From Hemiscyllium ocellatum (taxonomy: Eukaryota), in the NCBI RefSeq assembly GCF_020745735.1, contig NC_083435.1:26473231-26537230 (forward strand): a DNA stretch of 64,000 nucleotides, read 5' to 3'. Under the pieces are notes generated by a model. It was given only the letters and a program-made list of their open reading frames with translations, did no database searches and had not been told where the DNA came from. Shown here piece after piece: positions 36,147 through 47,224 of this stretch (its first letter is position 1; each line of letters starts with the position of its first letter). The translations under genes and the position numbers were made by a program.

Positions 36147-37848
36147 TTTTTTTTAAGATATTTTTATTAGAAATTTAATATTTTGACAGATTTACAAAAA
36201 TAAACAGAACTTTCAAGCACAAACATTAATATAAAAATAGATCTTAAATATATAATCATCAAAATTCAAAGGAATGATACTAAAGAAGAAAGAAAAACAA
36301 TGAAACTCAGTTAACTACTAATCTAATCCACAATTATCCAGAGTGTATAGTTGAGTCACTTACATCCTTCAAACAAGAGAAAATGTTCTCTAATACACTC
36401 ATAACAGTATAATAAAAAGGAAACTATTTCCAAACAATAAGAACAAAAAAAAACATGTTTGAATGGAGATCCTCCCCCTTGTTCTCAGGGGGCCTTACTT
36501 CCTTTCTAACGGTCCACCATATCCTCTCCCAAACAGTGTCCCACCCTTGACCCGGGCGCTCCTTAATAGGATTTAGATATAATACCGAGCTAGAGTTGAC
36601 AGTGAGCGCCCCACCCCCACCCCTCCCCACCCATACCTGAGTATATCTGATAGCATCAATGCCACGTACAAACACACATAACTATAAAATTACAACTCCA
36701 ACAAATTACAGTTAAGTATAATAATATAAAATAGCAAGAGAAGACAACCCTGCTCCCAGAAGCAAAAGTAAAGTAGAGTAAAGTATCCATTTCTCCCCAC
36801 GGAGTGTGGAAGAGGCAAGCCAACATAAATTGTCTCGTACGATTTATTTAAACGAGTCTAAAAGTTCCTTAGCCTCTTCTGGTGATCTAAAATTATACTC
36901 GGATCCTTCGTGGGTAAAGCATAACGTCGCTGGGTAGCGTAAGGTGTATTGAATATTTAAGTTCCTTAGACATTTCTTCACCTCATCAAACGCCTTCCTC
37001 CTTCGTGCCAAAGCCGGGGAGAAGTCCTGAAATAACATAATCTTGGATCCTTCATGAATCATAGCTTTAGGATCCTTTCCAAGATTTCTGGAGGCATCCA
37101 GGAGTATCTGCCTCTCCCTATAACTCTGCAGCCGGAACAGGACCGGGCGTGGGCGCTGGTTTGGGACAGATCCGCGTACTGCGACCCGGTAGGCCCACTC
37201 CACCCTTACCCGGTCAGTTTCAGCCCCCAGGTTTAAAAGCTGGGGCAACCATCGCTCCAGAAATACTACTAACTGTCCCTTCTCTTCTTGTTCAGGGAGG
37301 CCCAGAAGACGGATATTCTTTCTCCGATTTCTATTATCCAGGTCATCCATGTAGATTTCAAAGGCCCGGACTCTCTGCTCCAGAGCTCGCACCTGTTCTG
37401 CAGCTGTTTGTGCTGCCCCCTCGGAGGTCGTGGCCTTTAGCTCCGCCCCCTCCACTCGGCCCTGTAATTCCTCGAGAGCCTGGCTGTACTTTTGTAACTT
37501 TTCTTCGAATGCATTCCATCTCTGTCTGGATTCTGCGATGAAATTGACGAGTGTCGTTTCCAGCCTGGCAATCATCTCTTCAAGGCCTGTTTTTACATCA
37601 GCTGCAGCCGGAGGAGGAGAGGAGGGTGGGGGAGGGGTCTTTGTTTTCTGAGAGCTGCGGGATCCCTTTGGTTTACTCATTATCCACTTAATATTAAACT
37701 GCTTAAATATAATAGTAAACAGCTAATTAAGGTTAGAAAATGTTTTTGGGTGGTTTGGTAAGTGTGGTGGGGGTGAGTAACTCACTTTACCCAGGTTTTG
37801 GGAAGAGCACTGTAAACTCAGACTTGCTGAGTCGCCGCCATCTTGGAT
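36147..37848 (-). mobile_element. L1-clade element with ORF1 only (half-L1-like), 14-bp TSD
   Basis: TSD CTCCTGATTTCCCT at 36133-36146 and 37849-37862. The 5' end reads ATCCAAGATGGCGGCG; AATAAA (36163-36168, minus strand) is followed by a short poly(A). Confidence 0.85.
36844..37680 (-). CDS. L1 ORF1 protein (coiled coil + RRM + CTD), intact, 278 aa
   Basis: Coiled-coil N-half, then DDLDNRNRRKNIRLLGLPE, AYRV...PRPVLFRL, FQDFSPALARRRKAF and LRYPATL...F.SPEEAKE, which are L1 ORF1p (Transposase_22) motifs. Confidence 0.9.
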   Translation of the reverse strand: MSKPKGSRSSQKTKTPPPPSSPPPAAADVKTGLEEMIARLETTLVNFIAESRQRWNAFEEKLQKYSQALEELQGRVEGAELKATTSEGAAQTAAEQVRALEQRVRAFEIYMDDLDNRNRRKNIRLLGLPEQEEKGQLVVFLERWLPQLLNLGAETDRVRVEWAYRVAVRGSVPNQRPRPVLFRLQSYRERQILLDASRNLGKDPKAMIHEGSKIMLFQDFSPALARRRKAFDEVKKCLRNLNIQYTLRYPATLCFTHEGSEYNFRSPEEAKELLDSFK

Positions 37849-40453
37849 CTCCTGATTTCCCTCTTAAGTATACTCCTACTTTCTCTATACTCTTCTAAGT
37901 CCATTCAAAAGTTTACATGGCAGCTGAGTGACCTGGAGTGACAGCCTCTCTGTGCAGGCACTTATTCCTCTCCAAGCACACGTTGTTGCACAGAGGCATC
38001 TCAGCTCTCCGTTATATCAACTAACCTTCAATATGTCACTGGCACATGACATCACCACTTTGCCAGCACACCCATGCCCTCTGTAACTGCAGCTGAGATG
38101 TTGCGTGTACATTCTGATTTGCAATACATCCTGTCCTGGGAACTTTCTCCCCTTTTCACCAGATGAAAATGAGGAGGCAATTGGAGAGACAGCTGAGGAT
38201 GTGAGCGAAACACAGGGTGGGTAGCATCCAGTGCGAGGTAAGAGGGAAATGGAGGCTCGAACTTTGTTACAGGAGATTCCCCTTCACCCCATTCTCTGAT
38301 TATTTATTCCGATTCTTTCTTTCCAACTGCCAATGAGTTCTCTAATCAAACTCGCATCAAGACACACAGAAGTCATTTTAAAATGAGTTTGTTGCACTGG
38401 CAATTTTGCAACACCAGAAATCACCCAGAGCGAAATATACAAATATAGTCATTGTTAAAAATGATGATATAGTTCTTCATAAAGGTTTATGTTGAAGCAT
38501 ACACAACATTACATTCACAACTATTCCTCATTCTTCTTTCTTGAAAAGTGCAAAGGACAATTTGGGAATCCAACTGAGCAATATTCGAAGGAGGAAGACA
38601 GGAAATTAGCCATTGCTCTACAGTAACAGCTGCAGAGAAATAGTTGAAACCACAGGAAAGGTGGGAAAACGTATTCAAGCTGTAAGTTCACTCAGCTTGA
38701 AACAGGAATTTTTATTAAAATCACCAGGAATTATTCGTAGTGCCATGAATAGTGTGAATGATCTTTGAAAAACTATGAAGAGGACAGTTTTTTTTTTAAA
38801 CCACAGACAGCTGTGGTTTTCCATTCAGTAGAGTCAGAGGAGAGGACACAAATTGTTTATTAGGCCTCACTCAGCCAGATTCCTCCATTTCTGACAATAA
38901 AGTTGGGAATGCTCCATTTTGGCTGCAAAAGCCCAGAAAAATCCTTCAATAACCAATATAGAAGACACATTGCTGGATTGTAATACACTCCTGACTTGCG
39001 CGGAAAATATTTCGCTCTTAAAGTTTTCATTTGGGGTAATGGATTATGCTTCACCCAATCCGATGACATAACGAGATCTTAGTTGAGATGATCTTGTGTC
39101 AGCACAGTCGACAAAGCCGACTAAAACACAACTGAAACGGACAAATGAGGCAGTAAACCCAGATTCTGGTGACCAAGAGTTCACCGACCTCTCCAAACAC
39201 CATGAGCAGCAACAAGGTTCCATCTTACAACACCTTGTTGATGGTGAACAGGCCTTGGGGAGCCAGGAGTTGAACTACTTACTGCTGAATCCCCACTCTC
39301 TCACCAACTGTTAAAATCACAGTGTTAATACTGCTGATCGCATTCAGGTTCTGGTCAGTGGAATACAACTTAATATTGATGGTGGGAGATTCAGTGATGG
39401 GAAAGCCTTTGAATGTCAAAGTTGTGAGGTGAATGAAAGATGTTAAGATTCAGTCTTGTTGAAGATGGTCATTGCCTGGTACTTGTTTGGCACGAATGTG
39501 ATTTCCCACCTGCTCGCCCTATGTTGTATTATGTGTCTTGCTATGTAAATACATGGACTGATTCAGTGTCTGAGCTGTCACCACTACGAATGAAAAATAT
39601 CCAACCATCAGTGAACATCTTGACTTCAGGCCTAAGGATGTAGTGAAGGTTATTGATGAAGGAGTTGAAAATCTTTGGACCTAACACCGTTTTGTGAGGA
39701 ACACTGAAAGTGCTGTCCTGTGTCTGAGATTGCTGTACCTGAACAGTTTCACTGAGGGTACAAAACGCCAAGGAATTTGTTAGGGCCCACAGTCTTTGCT
39801 GTTTCCCCCTAAACTTTAACACCAGGTTTGGCAGGATTTGGAGGTAGTGTCAGGAAGCCCATTTCTACACAGAAGACTTTCTTGTATTCATCGAATGCAG
39901 ACATCATTGACGAGGCAGCATTTATTGTCCAGCCCTATTTGCCCCAGGATAATTGCTGTGGGTCTGGAGTCACTTGTAGATTTCCTTCCAGAAAATGACA
40001 TGAATGAACTCGATGGTTTTACATCTATCACCATTAGGTACATGTCACCACGAGACTAGGTTTCAGTTCCAGATTGTTTCTTTATTGAATTCAAACCTCA
40101 CTGTCTGCCATGAGGGGATGTGAACCCATGTCCCTAGATGATTAGCTGGGGGGATTCCCAGCCCAGTGACATCACCGCAATCTCACCATCTTCCCTCACA
40201 TCAAGGATCCATCTAAACATATCCCCTCTCAAGGTCTGTGAATGTTGGCATAATTTCAAAAATATCTCCATATCAGAGATGATTGCATTTTTGGAGACTG
40301 GGGTTTGTCTGATATTTTGGCGATTGAAGGAGATAAACTGGAGTTAAAAATCAGCAATGATCTCATTGGGTGGTGTAGCAGCATCGAGGGGCTGAATGGT
40401 CTCTGTTCCGAAAATAAACTGCAACTCAGCGCATTCGCCCAGCAACTGGAGTT

Positions 40454-40594
40454 GAAAGTGAAAGAATTTAGGTGATTGGGAAGTCCCGATCCTGGGCGGA
40501 GTTATGCAACCTGTTCGTTGTCTATTCTGCCGGAGACTGGTGACTCACTGAGTCGTTTTATTGTGATTGGATCGATGATAGTTTGGGACCAATC
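40454..40594 (+). promoter_or_regulatory. MHC class I-type promoter of locus 2
   Basis: ISRE GAAAGTGAAA (40454-40463), kB-like GGGAAGTCCC (40478-40487), GC box (40494-40499), X2/AP-1 TGACTCA (40541-40547), Y box GATTGG (40565-40570) and CCAATC (40589-40594), about 190-330 bp upstream of the ATG. Confidence 0.7.
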
Positions 40595-40781
40595 AGTGTG
40601 AAGGAGTCTCGGTGGAGAGGGGCAGTAACAGGAACTGAAGCAAAGTGCTGAAAAATCTGTTGGGAGAGAAAGTGAAGACTCTTTCTCAGAACAGTTTAAT
40701 ATCATTCTCGATGACAGCTCACAGACTGAGACAGTCCGCTGGAAAATAATTTATCCACCATGACTGTCAACTGAAGTCACG

Positions 40782-40830
40782 ATGATTGGACTGATAGTGC
40801 TGGGGCTTCTATGGGGAGAGCTCTCTGCAG
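40782..40830 (+). CDS. MHC class I locus 2, leader exon
   Basis: MIGLIVLGLLWGELSA + G|GTTAGT; phase 1, joins in frame to alpha1 (ETHSLRY). Confidence 0.85.
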
Positions 40831-41238
40831 GTTAGTAATGGGGGTGTGAGAGAGGGGTAGAGCCAGGCTGGGAACTGGGACAATAACCTTTGATCATGTT
40901 CCCGTCAGAATGATTTATAGGGTAATATTTATCTAATTTCAGGTTTTAAACGTCAGTGAATCCACTGTTTTAAATGATTTAGGTTCGCACGAGATTTAAC
41001 CATAAGGCCAAAAGATCTGTATTTGCGAAATTCAAAAGATCTGTTGAACATTACAGGGTGGAAAGTAAAAATATGAAATTGGTAGACTTTTTTTCAAGTA
41101 AAAGGAAAAGAGAAAAAAGTTAACAACATCATGTGATGAAGCTGAAGTGAATTGTATAATTCTCTCCAGTGCTGGAGAAAAGGTGAACAAAATGATTCAT
41201 GATTCAGGAATTCATGCCCTGATTTTTCTGTGTTTCAG

Positions 41239-41499
41239 AAACTCACTCTCTCCGGTATTTTATCACTGGTATGACTCCGATTCCCAATTTCCCAGAGTTT
41301 GTGATTGTTGGTTATGTGGACGGGGTCCAGTTTGCTATGTATGACAGCAATCGCAAGGATATAATCCCCCGGGAACAGTGGATGGTGGACAGCGAAGGAC
41401 CCAAGGCCTGGAAGCGGAAAGTTTCCCTCGCTCAGGAGCGAGAAGACATTGCCAAACAGCATATTCCGATATTAATGTCTCGGACCAACCAGACAGGGG
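41239..41499 (+). CDS. MHC class I locus 2, alpha1 exon
   Basis: tttcag acceptor; THSLRYFITGMTPIPNFPEFVIVGYVDGVQF...MSRTNQTG; GTGAGT donor; 261 nt; N86 sequon. Confidence 0.95.
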
Positions 41500-41679
41500 G
41501 TGAGTACTCACCGTTCCACAGAATGACATCTTCCTGTGCATTTGGTGAGTCTGGGTGGGAATGGGTGAAATTAGGAGTGAATCTGAGTTCCAGAGACTGA
41601 CCGACTGGCTGTGGGAGTGGTTGGAGGGGACACCAACTGTCTCTGTCTCTGATCAGCAACTTGTGTTTCTGATTGACAG

Positions 41680-41952
41680 GGATCCACATTTACCAGATGA
41701 TGACTGGCTGTGACCTGGGGGATGATGGGACTGTGAGTGGGTTCACCCTCAGACGATGGGACGGGCAAGATTTGATCAGCTTCGATAAGGATCACAGGGT
41801 GTGGGTGACCCCAGTCCCCTGGGCAGAAAGCATCAAAAACAGATGGGACCAGGATGTGGTGGGTAATCAGAGGTGGAAGCATTACCTGGAGGTGGAGTGC
41901 ATTGAGTGGCTGAGAAAATACCTGGAGTACGGACAGAGGGAACTGAGAGTCG
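41680..41952 (+). CDS. MHC class I locus 2, alpha2 exon
   Basis: GIHIYQMMTGCDL...WDGQDLISFD...KNRWD...YLEVECIEWLRKYLEYG; both disulfide Cys present; canonical AG/GT; 273 nt. Confidence 0.95.
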
Positions 41953-42041
41953 GTGAGTGAGTGAGAGTTGTTGTCATCGATGGTGTCTGGACCTTTCTCT
42001 CTTTATGTTCCTGCACTGACTCATCTTCCTCTCTCGCTTAG

Positions 42042-42305
42042 TTGCCCCCAATGTGTCCTTTGCCCGTCTGGGTGATTCTAACCGGCTGTCCTGTCTTGTC
42101 ACTGGGTTTTACCCACGAGCCATCGAGGTGACTCTGTGGAGAGACGGAGTGTTGATCGATGAGTCCCTGTCCACAGGGATCTTACCTAATCATGACAGGA
42201 CCTACCAGATCCGGAAATGGATAGAATTTGATCCGGAGGATCAGGCCAAGTTTTCCTGTCAGGTGGAGCACAGTGGATTGGAGGAGAAGCTGGTGGTGAT
42301 TTATG
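42042..42305 (+). CDS. MHC class I locus 2, alpha3 exon
   Basis: VAPNVSF...LSCLVTGFYPRAIEVTLWRDG...ILPNHDRTYQ...FSCQVEHSGL; canonical splice sites; 264 nt. Confidence 0.95.
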
Positions 42306-43724
42306 GTAAGGCTGATTCTCTTTGTTAGAGAGGAATCGGACTCCGAGCAGGATCACAAGAGAGAGGACTAAGAGGGGGACGTTCATATGAACTGTCAGTG
42401 TGTCACAGTGCTCACATCAGTTGTAGAGGACAGTAATAAAGATAGTGAATCAGGGACAGTTTGCCAGTGTATCCTGGTGTGTAATGCTGCCCAGCATCTT
42501 AATATCCAGGGATATTACACACACACATATCAGATATGTCCATTCAGTTCACCATATTTCCTGAGCACTCTTCAAGTCCATGGACACTTTAATCTCAAAG
42601 GACAAGGGCAGTAGATACTTGGGAACACCAGCTCCTGCAAGTTCCCCTCCAAGCTACTCAGCATCCTGACTTGGAAATACATTGTGGGTCCATCTACAGC
42701 ACATAAGCTGTATTGGCCTAAGAAGGCAGCTCACCACCGCCTTCTGTAGAGCAACGAGGGAATGACTGTAAAGACTGGCATTGACACCCATATCCCGGTG
42801 AATTAAAAAAGAGAAACAGATTCTGAGATGTTTTATTATGAGACAGTCCAGTGAATCCAGGGATAATAATGTCCAATAGGATCCATAGATATTTCAGCTT
42901 GGCAGCATCCAGTGTATCCTGGAATTGTAGCCCAGTCTATTTAACATTGTTTCTTGATGATCTTTGTCCAACTCAGTGTAACAATGAATAGTCAGCATGA
43001 ACTTTGAGGGAGAATATTGTGTTTGACCAACTCCATTGAATATTTTTCATGAAGTAACAGAGGGTACACAGTAGTAATGTTGCACATGTACTGTTGCTAA
43101 GTTTTCGAAAGGCCTTTGATCAGATACTCCCATAATAGAAACGTTTAGAGAATGTGGGGTCAGTGGGAATGTGATAAAATGGATTGTTAGCTGCTTCGCA
43201 GCCAGGAAACAGAGATTGGGGGAAAAGGGTTAGTTAGTCAGTGTCAGAATGTGGGAAGTGATGTTCTGAAAGGGAACACTTCCCTTCACATTTACAATAT
43301 TGATTTGCACTTTGAAATTATGGAATTACAGAATTGTTCTAAAGAAGGCTCTTCAGCCCATCATGCCCTGACTGTCTGTCTGAGCATTACTACTCAGTGC
43401 TATTCTCCTGCCTTCTCCCCATCACCCTGAATATGGTTTTACTTAAATGTAATTTTAGAATTTAAATTATTATATAAAGCAGCACAAAGCAGTCTAGAGA
43501 CCAAGACAGGAATACCAGGTAGTCCCAGGGAGGAGAGGAACATTTCAAGATATTCTAACAAAGAGCAGAGATGAGCTTTGGACACTCCTGTGTGATAGGA
43601 GACAGGAGATGCAAAATCCCAACGTGAGGTGTCTTATGCACAGGACAGCCTGGTTGTGTCTACGACATCACATTAGTCATTGATTCTGGTGATCAAAAAC
43701 AATTGTCTCCAAAGAAAAACATTC

Positions 43725-44790
43725 TCGCTTGTCCAACTACTCATAATTCAGTCCCTTGTATCATGGAAAGGTCCTTCTGCATTGTTTCCAGTTTAATAAC
43801 GTCCTTTCTATTAGCAAGGTGACCAAAACACAATACTCCAAGTGCAGCCTCACCAACGTCCTGTGCAACTGCAACATAATTTCCCAACTGTACTCAATGC
43901 CCTGACTGATGAAGACTGGTGTGCTAAAAGCTGCCTTCACTGTTCTGTCTACCTGTGACTCCATTTTCAGAGAACTGCGCACCAGAACTCCAAGGTCTCT
44001 CTGTTCCACAATAGTCCTTAAGGCCCTACCATTCACCTAGAAACCCCTACCTTGATTTGACTTTCCAAATCACAAGACCTCACACCTATCTGCATTAAAC
44101 TCCACTTTCCACTTCCCCAGCTGATCAAGGTCCTGCTGCAATTTTTGATAACTTCCTCACTGTCCATGATACCGCCCGTTTCAGTGTCATCTGCAAACAT
44201 ACTAATCATACCTTGTATGTTCTCATCCAAATCATTGATATTGATAACAAACAGCAATGGGCCCAGCACTGACTCCTGAGGCACACCATTAGTGTCAGCC
44301 CTCCAGTCCAACAAACATCCTTCCGTTATTACCCTCTGCTTCCAAAGCATCAAGCCAATTGTATCTCCAATTTGCCAGCTTCCCCTGAATTCCATGCGAT
44401 CTAACCTTCCAGGGCAAACTACAGTGTGGAACCTTTTTAAAGGCCTTACTGAAATCCATTTAGATTATGTTCCTGGTCACTTCAAAAAGAATTATAAAAA
44501 ATTTGAGAGGTATGATCTCCTACGCACAAAACTGAAAATGTGTTGCTGGAAAAGCACAGCTGGTCAGGCAGCATCCAAGGAGCAGGAGGATCAACGTTTT
44601 GGGCATGAGCCCTTCTTCAGGAATGCACAAAGCCTCCTACGCACAAAGCCATGCAGAGTATTTCTAATCAAACGCTGTCTTTCCAAATGCATGTGTATTT
44701 TATCTCTCCGAACACTCTCAAGTGACTTACCTACAACAGATATTAAGCTTACTGATCCATAGTTCCCAGGATTTTCTTTGCAGCCCGGCA
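43725..44790 (-). mobile_element. CR1-type LINE fragment in the alpha3-TM intron (paralog at ~58000-58990)
   Basis: [22 protein letters not shown]...FADDTE motifs. Confidence 0.85.
44531..44633 (-). mobile_element. Solo ~100-bp PLE terminus with its own TSD (paralog 58782-58882)
   Basis: Flanked by CTCCTACGCACAAA (44517-44530 and 44634-44647); in unit B the TSD is 16 bp (58766-58781 and 58883-58898). Confidence 0.75.
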
Positions 44791-45631
44791 CAATATTTGC
44801 TACCCTCCACCTACCAGGACCTCACCCGTGGCTAACTGTTAGAAAGGAAATTTCTTTACAAAAAACCCGAGGATAGGCTTTAATCTTGAGAGGGAGATTT
44901 AGCCTATCCTACCTCACCTTCAATTCTATCTTGAAGTTTGGTTAGACCACATGTTGAGAACTGCAGACAGTTCTAGTTGCCATGTGATGTAAAGGATATT
45001 GAGGCACTGGAGAGGGTGCTGAGAAGATTTACAATGTCAATATCAGAAATGTGTGAGTGTACGCATTAGGAAAGGATTGAGAGGCTTGATGTCTTCTCTC
45101 TTGAAAAATGGAGCCCAAACCGAGATCTTTACAAGGATGAATCATTTTAAAAGGGTGGGTGCAGAGACAGTGTTTGGGGAAGAGCACAACTAAGGACCAT
45201 CAACACAAGACAGTCACCAAATATTCCACAAGGAATTCCAGAGAAATATCTGCAGTCGGAGCATGAAGAGAATATGAAGCTCGCTGCTGCAGGGAGTGAG
45301 TTTGTCAGGATGTATTTAAGGGGAGTTTAGAAAGGAATAGGGAGTGATGGTAACAGATGTAGATGAGGAAGGATGAGATGAGCAGCTTCATGTGACTAAA
45401 TACAAATGTATGCTGATTGGATCAAATTGACTCACTGTGTGCCATGTATCCTGTATAAGGCCGATTTTAAAAAAAAATAAATTTTTTGTCTCTTTCTCTT
45501 TCTCTTCCTGCTTCACTTGGCTCTCTATCTATCTCTCACCTCCCTTTCTTCCTCTTTCTATCTGTCTGTCTGTCTCTCTCCCCATTTTATTTCTCTTTCT
45601 GCCTGTCTGTCTGTCTCTCTCTCCCTGGCAG

Positions 45632-45736
45632 TCCCAAAGTCTCACTCTCAGGTTCTTGTTATTGTCGGGATTGTATTTGGACTCCTTGGGATCATCTCTC
45701 TCGCTGTTGTGGCTGTCGTCATTCACAAGAAGAAAG
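45632..45736 (+). CDS. MHC class I locus 2, transmembrane exon
   Basis: VPKSHSQVLVIVGIVFGLLGIISLAVVAVVIHKKK; AG/GT; 105 nt. Confidence 0.9.
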
Positions 45737-47186
45737 GTAGGAGTTTGTAAGAAAATGGTAGCTCCTCACTGGCAGTTCAGGGAATTAGAGAGTCTGGAAG
45801 CATATGGCCAGACTGTACTGAAGTAAAAAGGAATATTGTGAGTTGTTTTGGGCCTCATATCTAAGGAAGAATGTGCTGGTGTTGGAGGGAGCCCAGAGGA
45901 GATTTACAAGAATTATCCCAGGGATGAAGAGCTTGTCATATGAGCAGCTGTTGAGGACTGTGTGTGTACTGGACAGAGTTTAAAATATCGAGGGCAAATC
46001 TCATTGAAAATTACACATTACTGAGAGGCCTGGACAGAGTGGATGTGGAGAAGATGCAGGAGACACGAGGACCCAAGGGAACAGCCTCAGTGTGACAGCA
46101 TGACCTTTTAGAACTGAGGAGGAATTTCCTCAGCCAGATGGTGGTGTTGCCGTGGAACCCATTCCTGCAGAAGGCTGTGGAGGCCAAGACATCAAGTGTC
46201 TTTAAGACAGAGATAGATAGATAGATTCTTGATTGGTAAAGGCCTCAAGGGTTACGGTGAGAAGGCAGGAGAATGAGGTTGAGAAATATATCAACCACGA
46301 TCGAATGGTGGAGCACACCCGATGAGATGAATGGCCTAATTCTGCTCCCATATCTTGTAGTCTCCAGTTCATTGTTTGGGTTCAGGTGGTTTGTGAGGAA
46401 GCTCTGTGTTTGGGAGTCAGTCTCAGGGTTAGTGATGGCTCAGGCAGTCGGGAGAGGAACTCCGTTTGTGAAGGAGGGTCAGAGATATGGTGCCCTGTTC
46501 CTCACGTGAGGCTGGATTGTCTGAGGGGTGAAATTCTCATGTTGAGAGTGTCAGGTCAGACAATTCAGACTGGGGCTGGCTCAGAGTTCACTGTTGGGCA
46601 TCAGCAGCTCAGGGCAATGTGGGTCGGAGAGGCTGAGTCTGGATGGGAGTGAGGGTCTTCAGCATTTCCTCTGATTTCCTAACAGTATCTCAAACTGACT
46701 GAACATTCCTTGTTTTACAGGGGGAATGCAGAGCGGCTACAATCTCACAAACAGTAAGCTGATAACTCAGACATCTCCGCGTCTGTGTTAGTGTATGACA
46801 AGATATTCTTTCTGTTTCAAACAAAAACACAAGTGCAGAGATCTGAAACAGAGAAAAGAATTGCTGGAGAAACTCAATGGGTTTGGCAGCAGCTGTGGAG
46901 AGAAAAACAGTTAACATTTTGAGTCCAGTGATGTTTTGTTCTGGGAGTTCGTGTGTGTGTGTGTGTGTGTGTGTGTGTAGGAAAGGTGTGGTGGGGGTGG
47001 GGGGGGGGGGCGGCGCGGCGATCGGGGTCACTTGATATAAAGCATTAATTCTGCTTTCTCTCTCCACAGATGCTCTGGGCCATGTTGAGATTCTCCAGCA
47101 ATTTCTGTTTTGTTCTCTGCTCCAGAGTAGTCTATCTGTGTTTCATCCTCCTCTTGCTCTCATGTGCGCTCACTGTCTCTCTCTCC

Positions 47187-47224
<38 letters not shown>

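Larger units (their letters stand above)
32364..37905 (-). mobile_element. CR1-type LINE broken by two nested insertions (segments 32364-33240, 35154-36146, 37863-~37905)
   Basis: Collinear CR1 ORF2 pieces (ORFs 32445-32894, 32895-33260, 35215-35805). Confidence 0.85.

Noticed and set aside
47070-47115. Apparent acceptor plus exon (ctctccacag|ATGCTCTGGGCC; paralog at 61354)
   Set aside because: It matches a Penelope-type terminus whose inverted partner lies at ~46835-46925, and there is no conserved donor.
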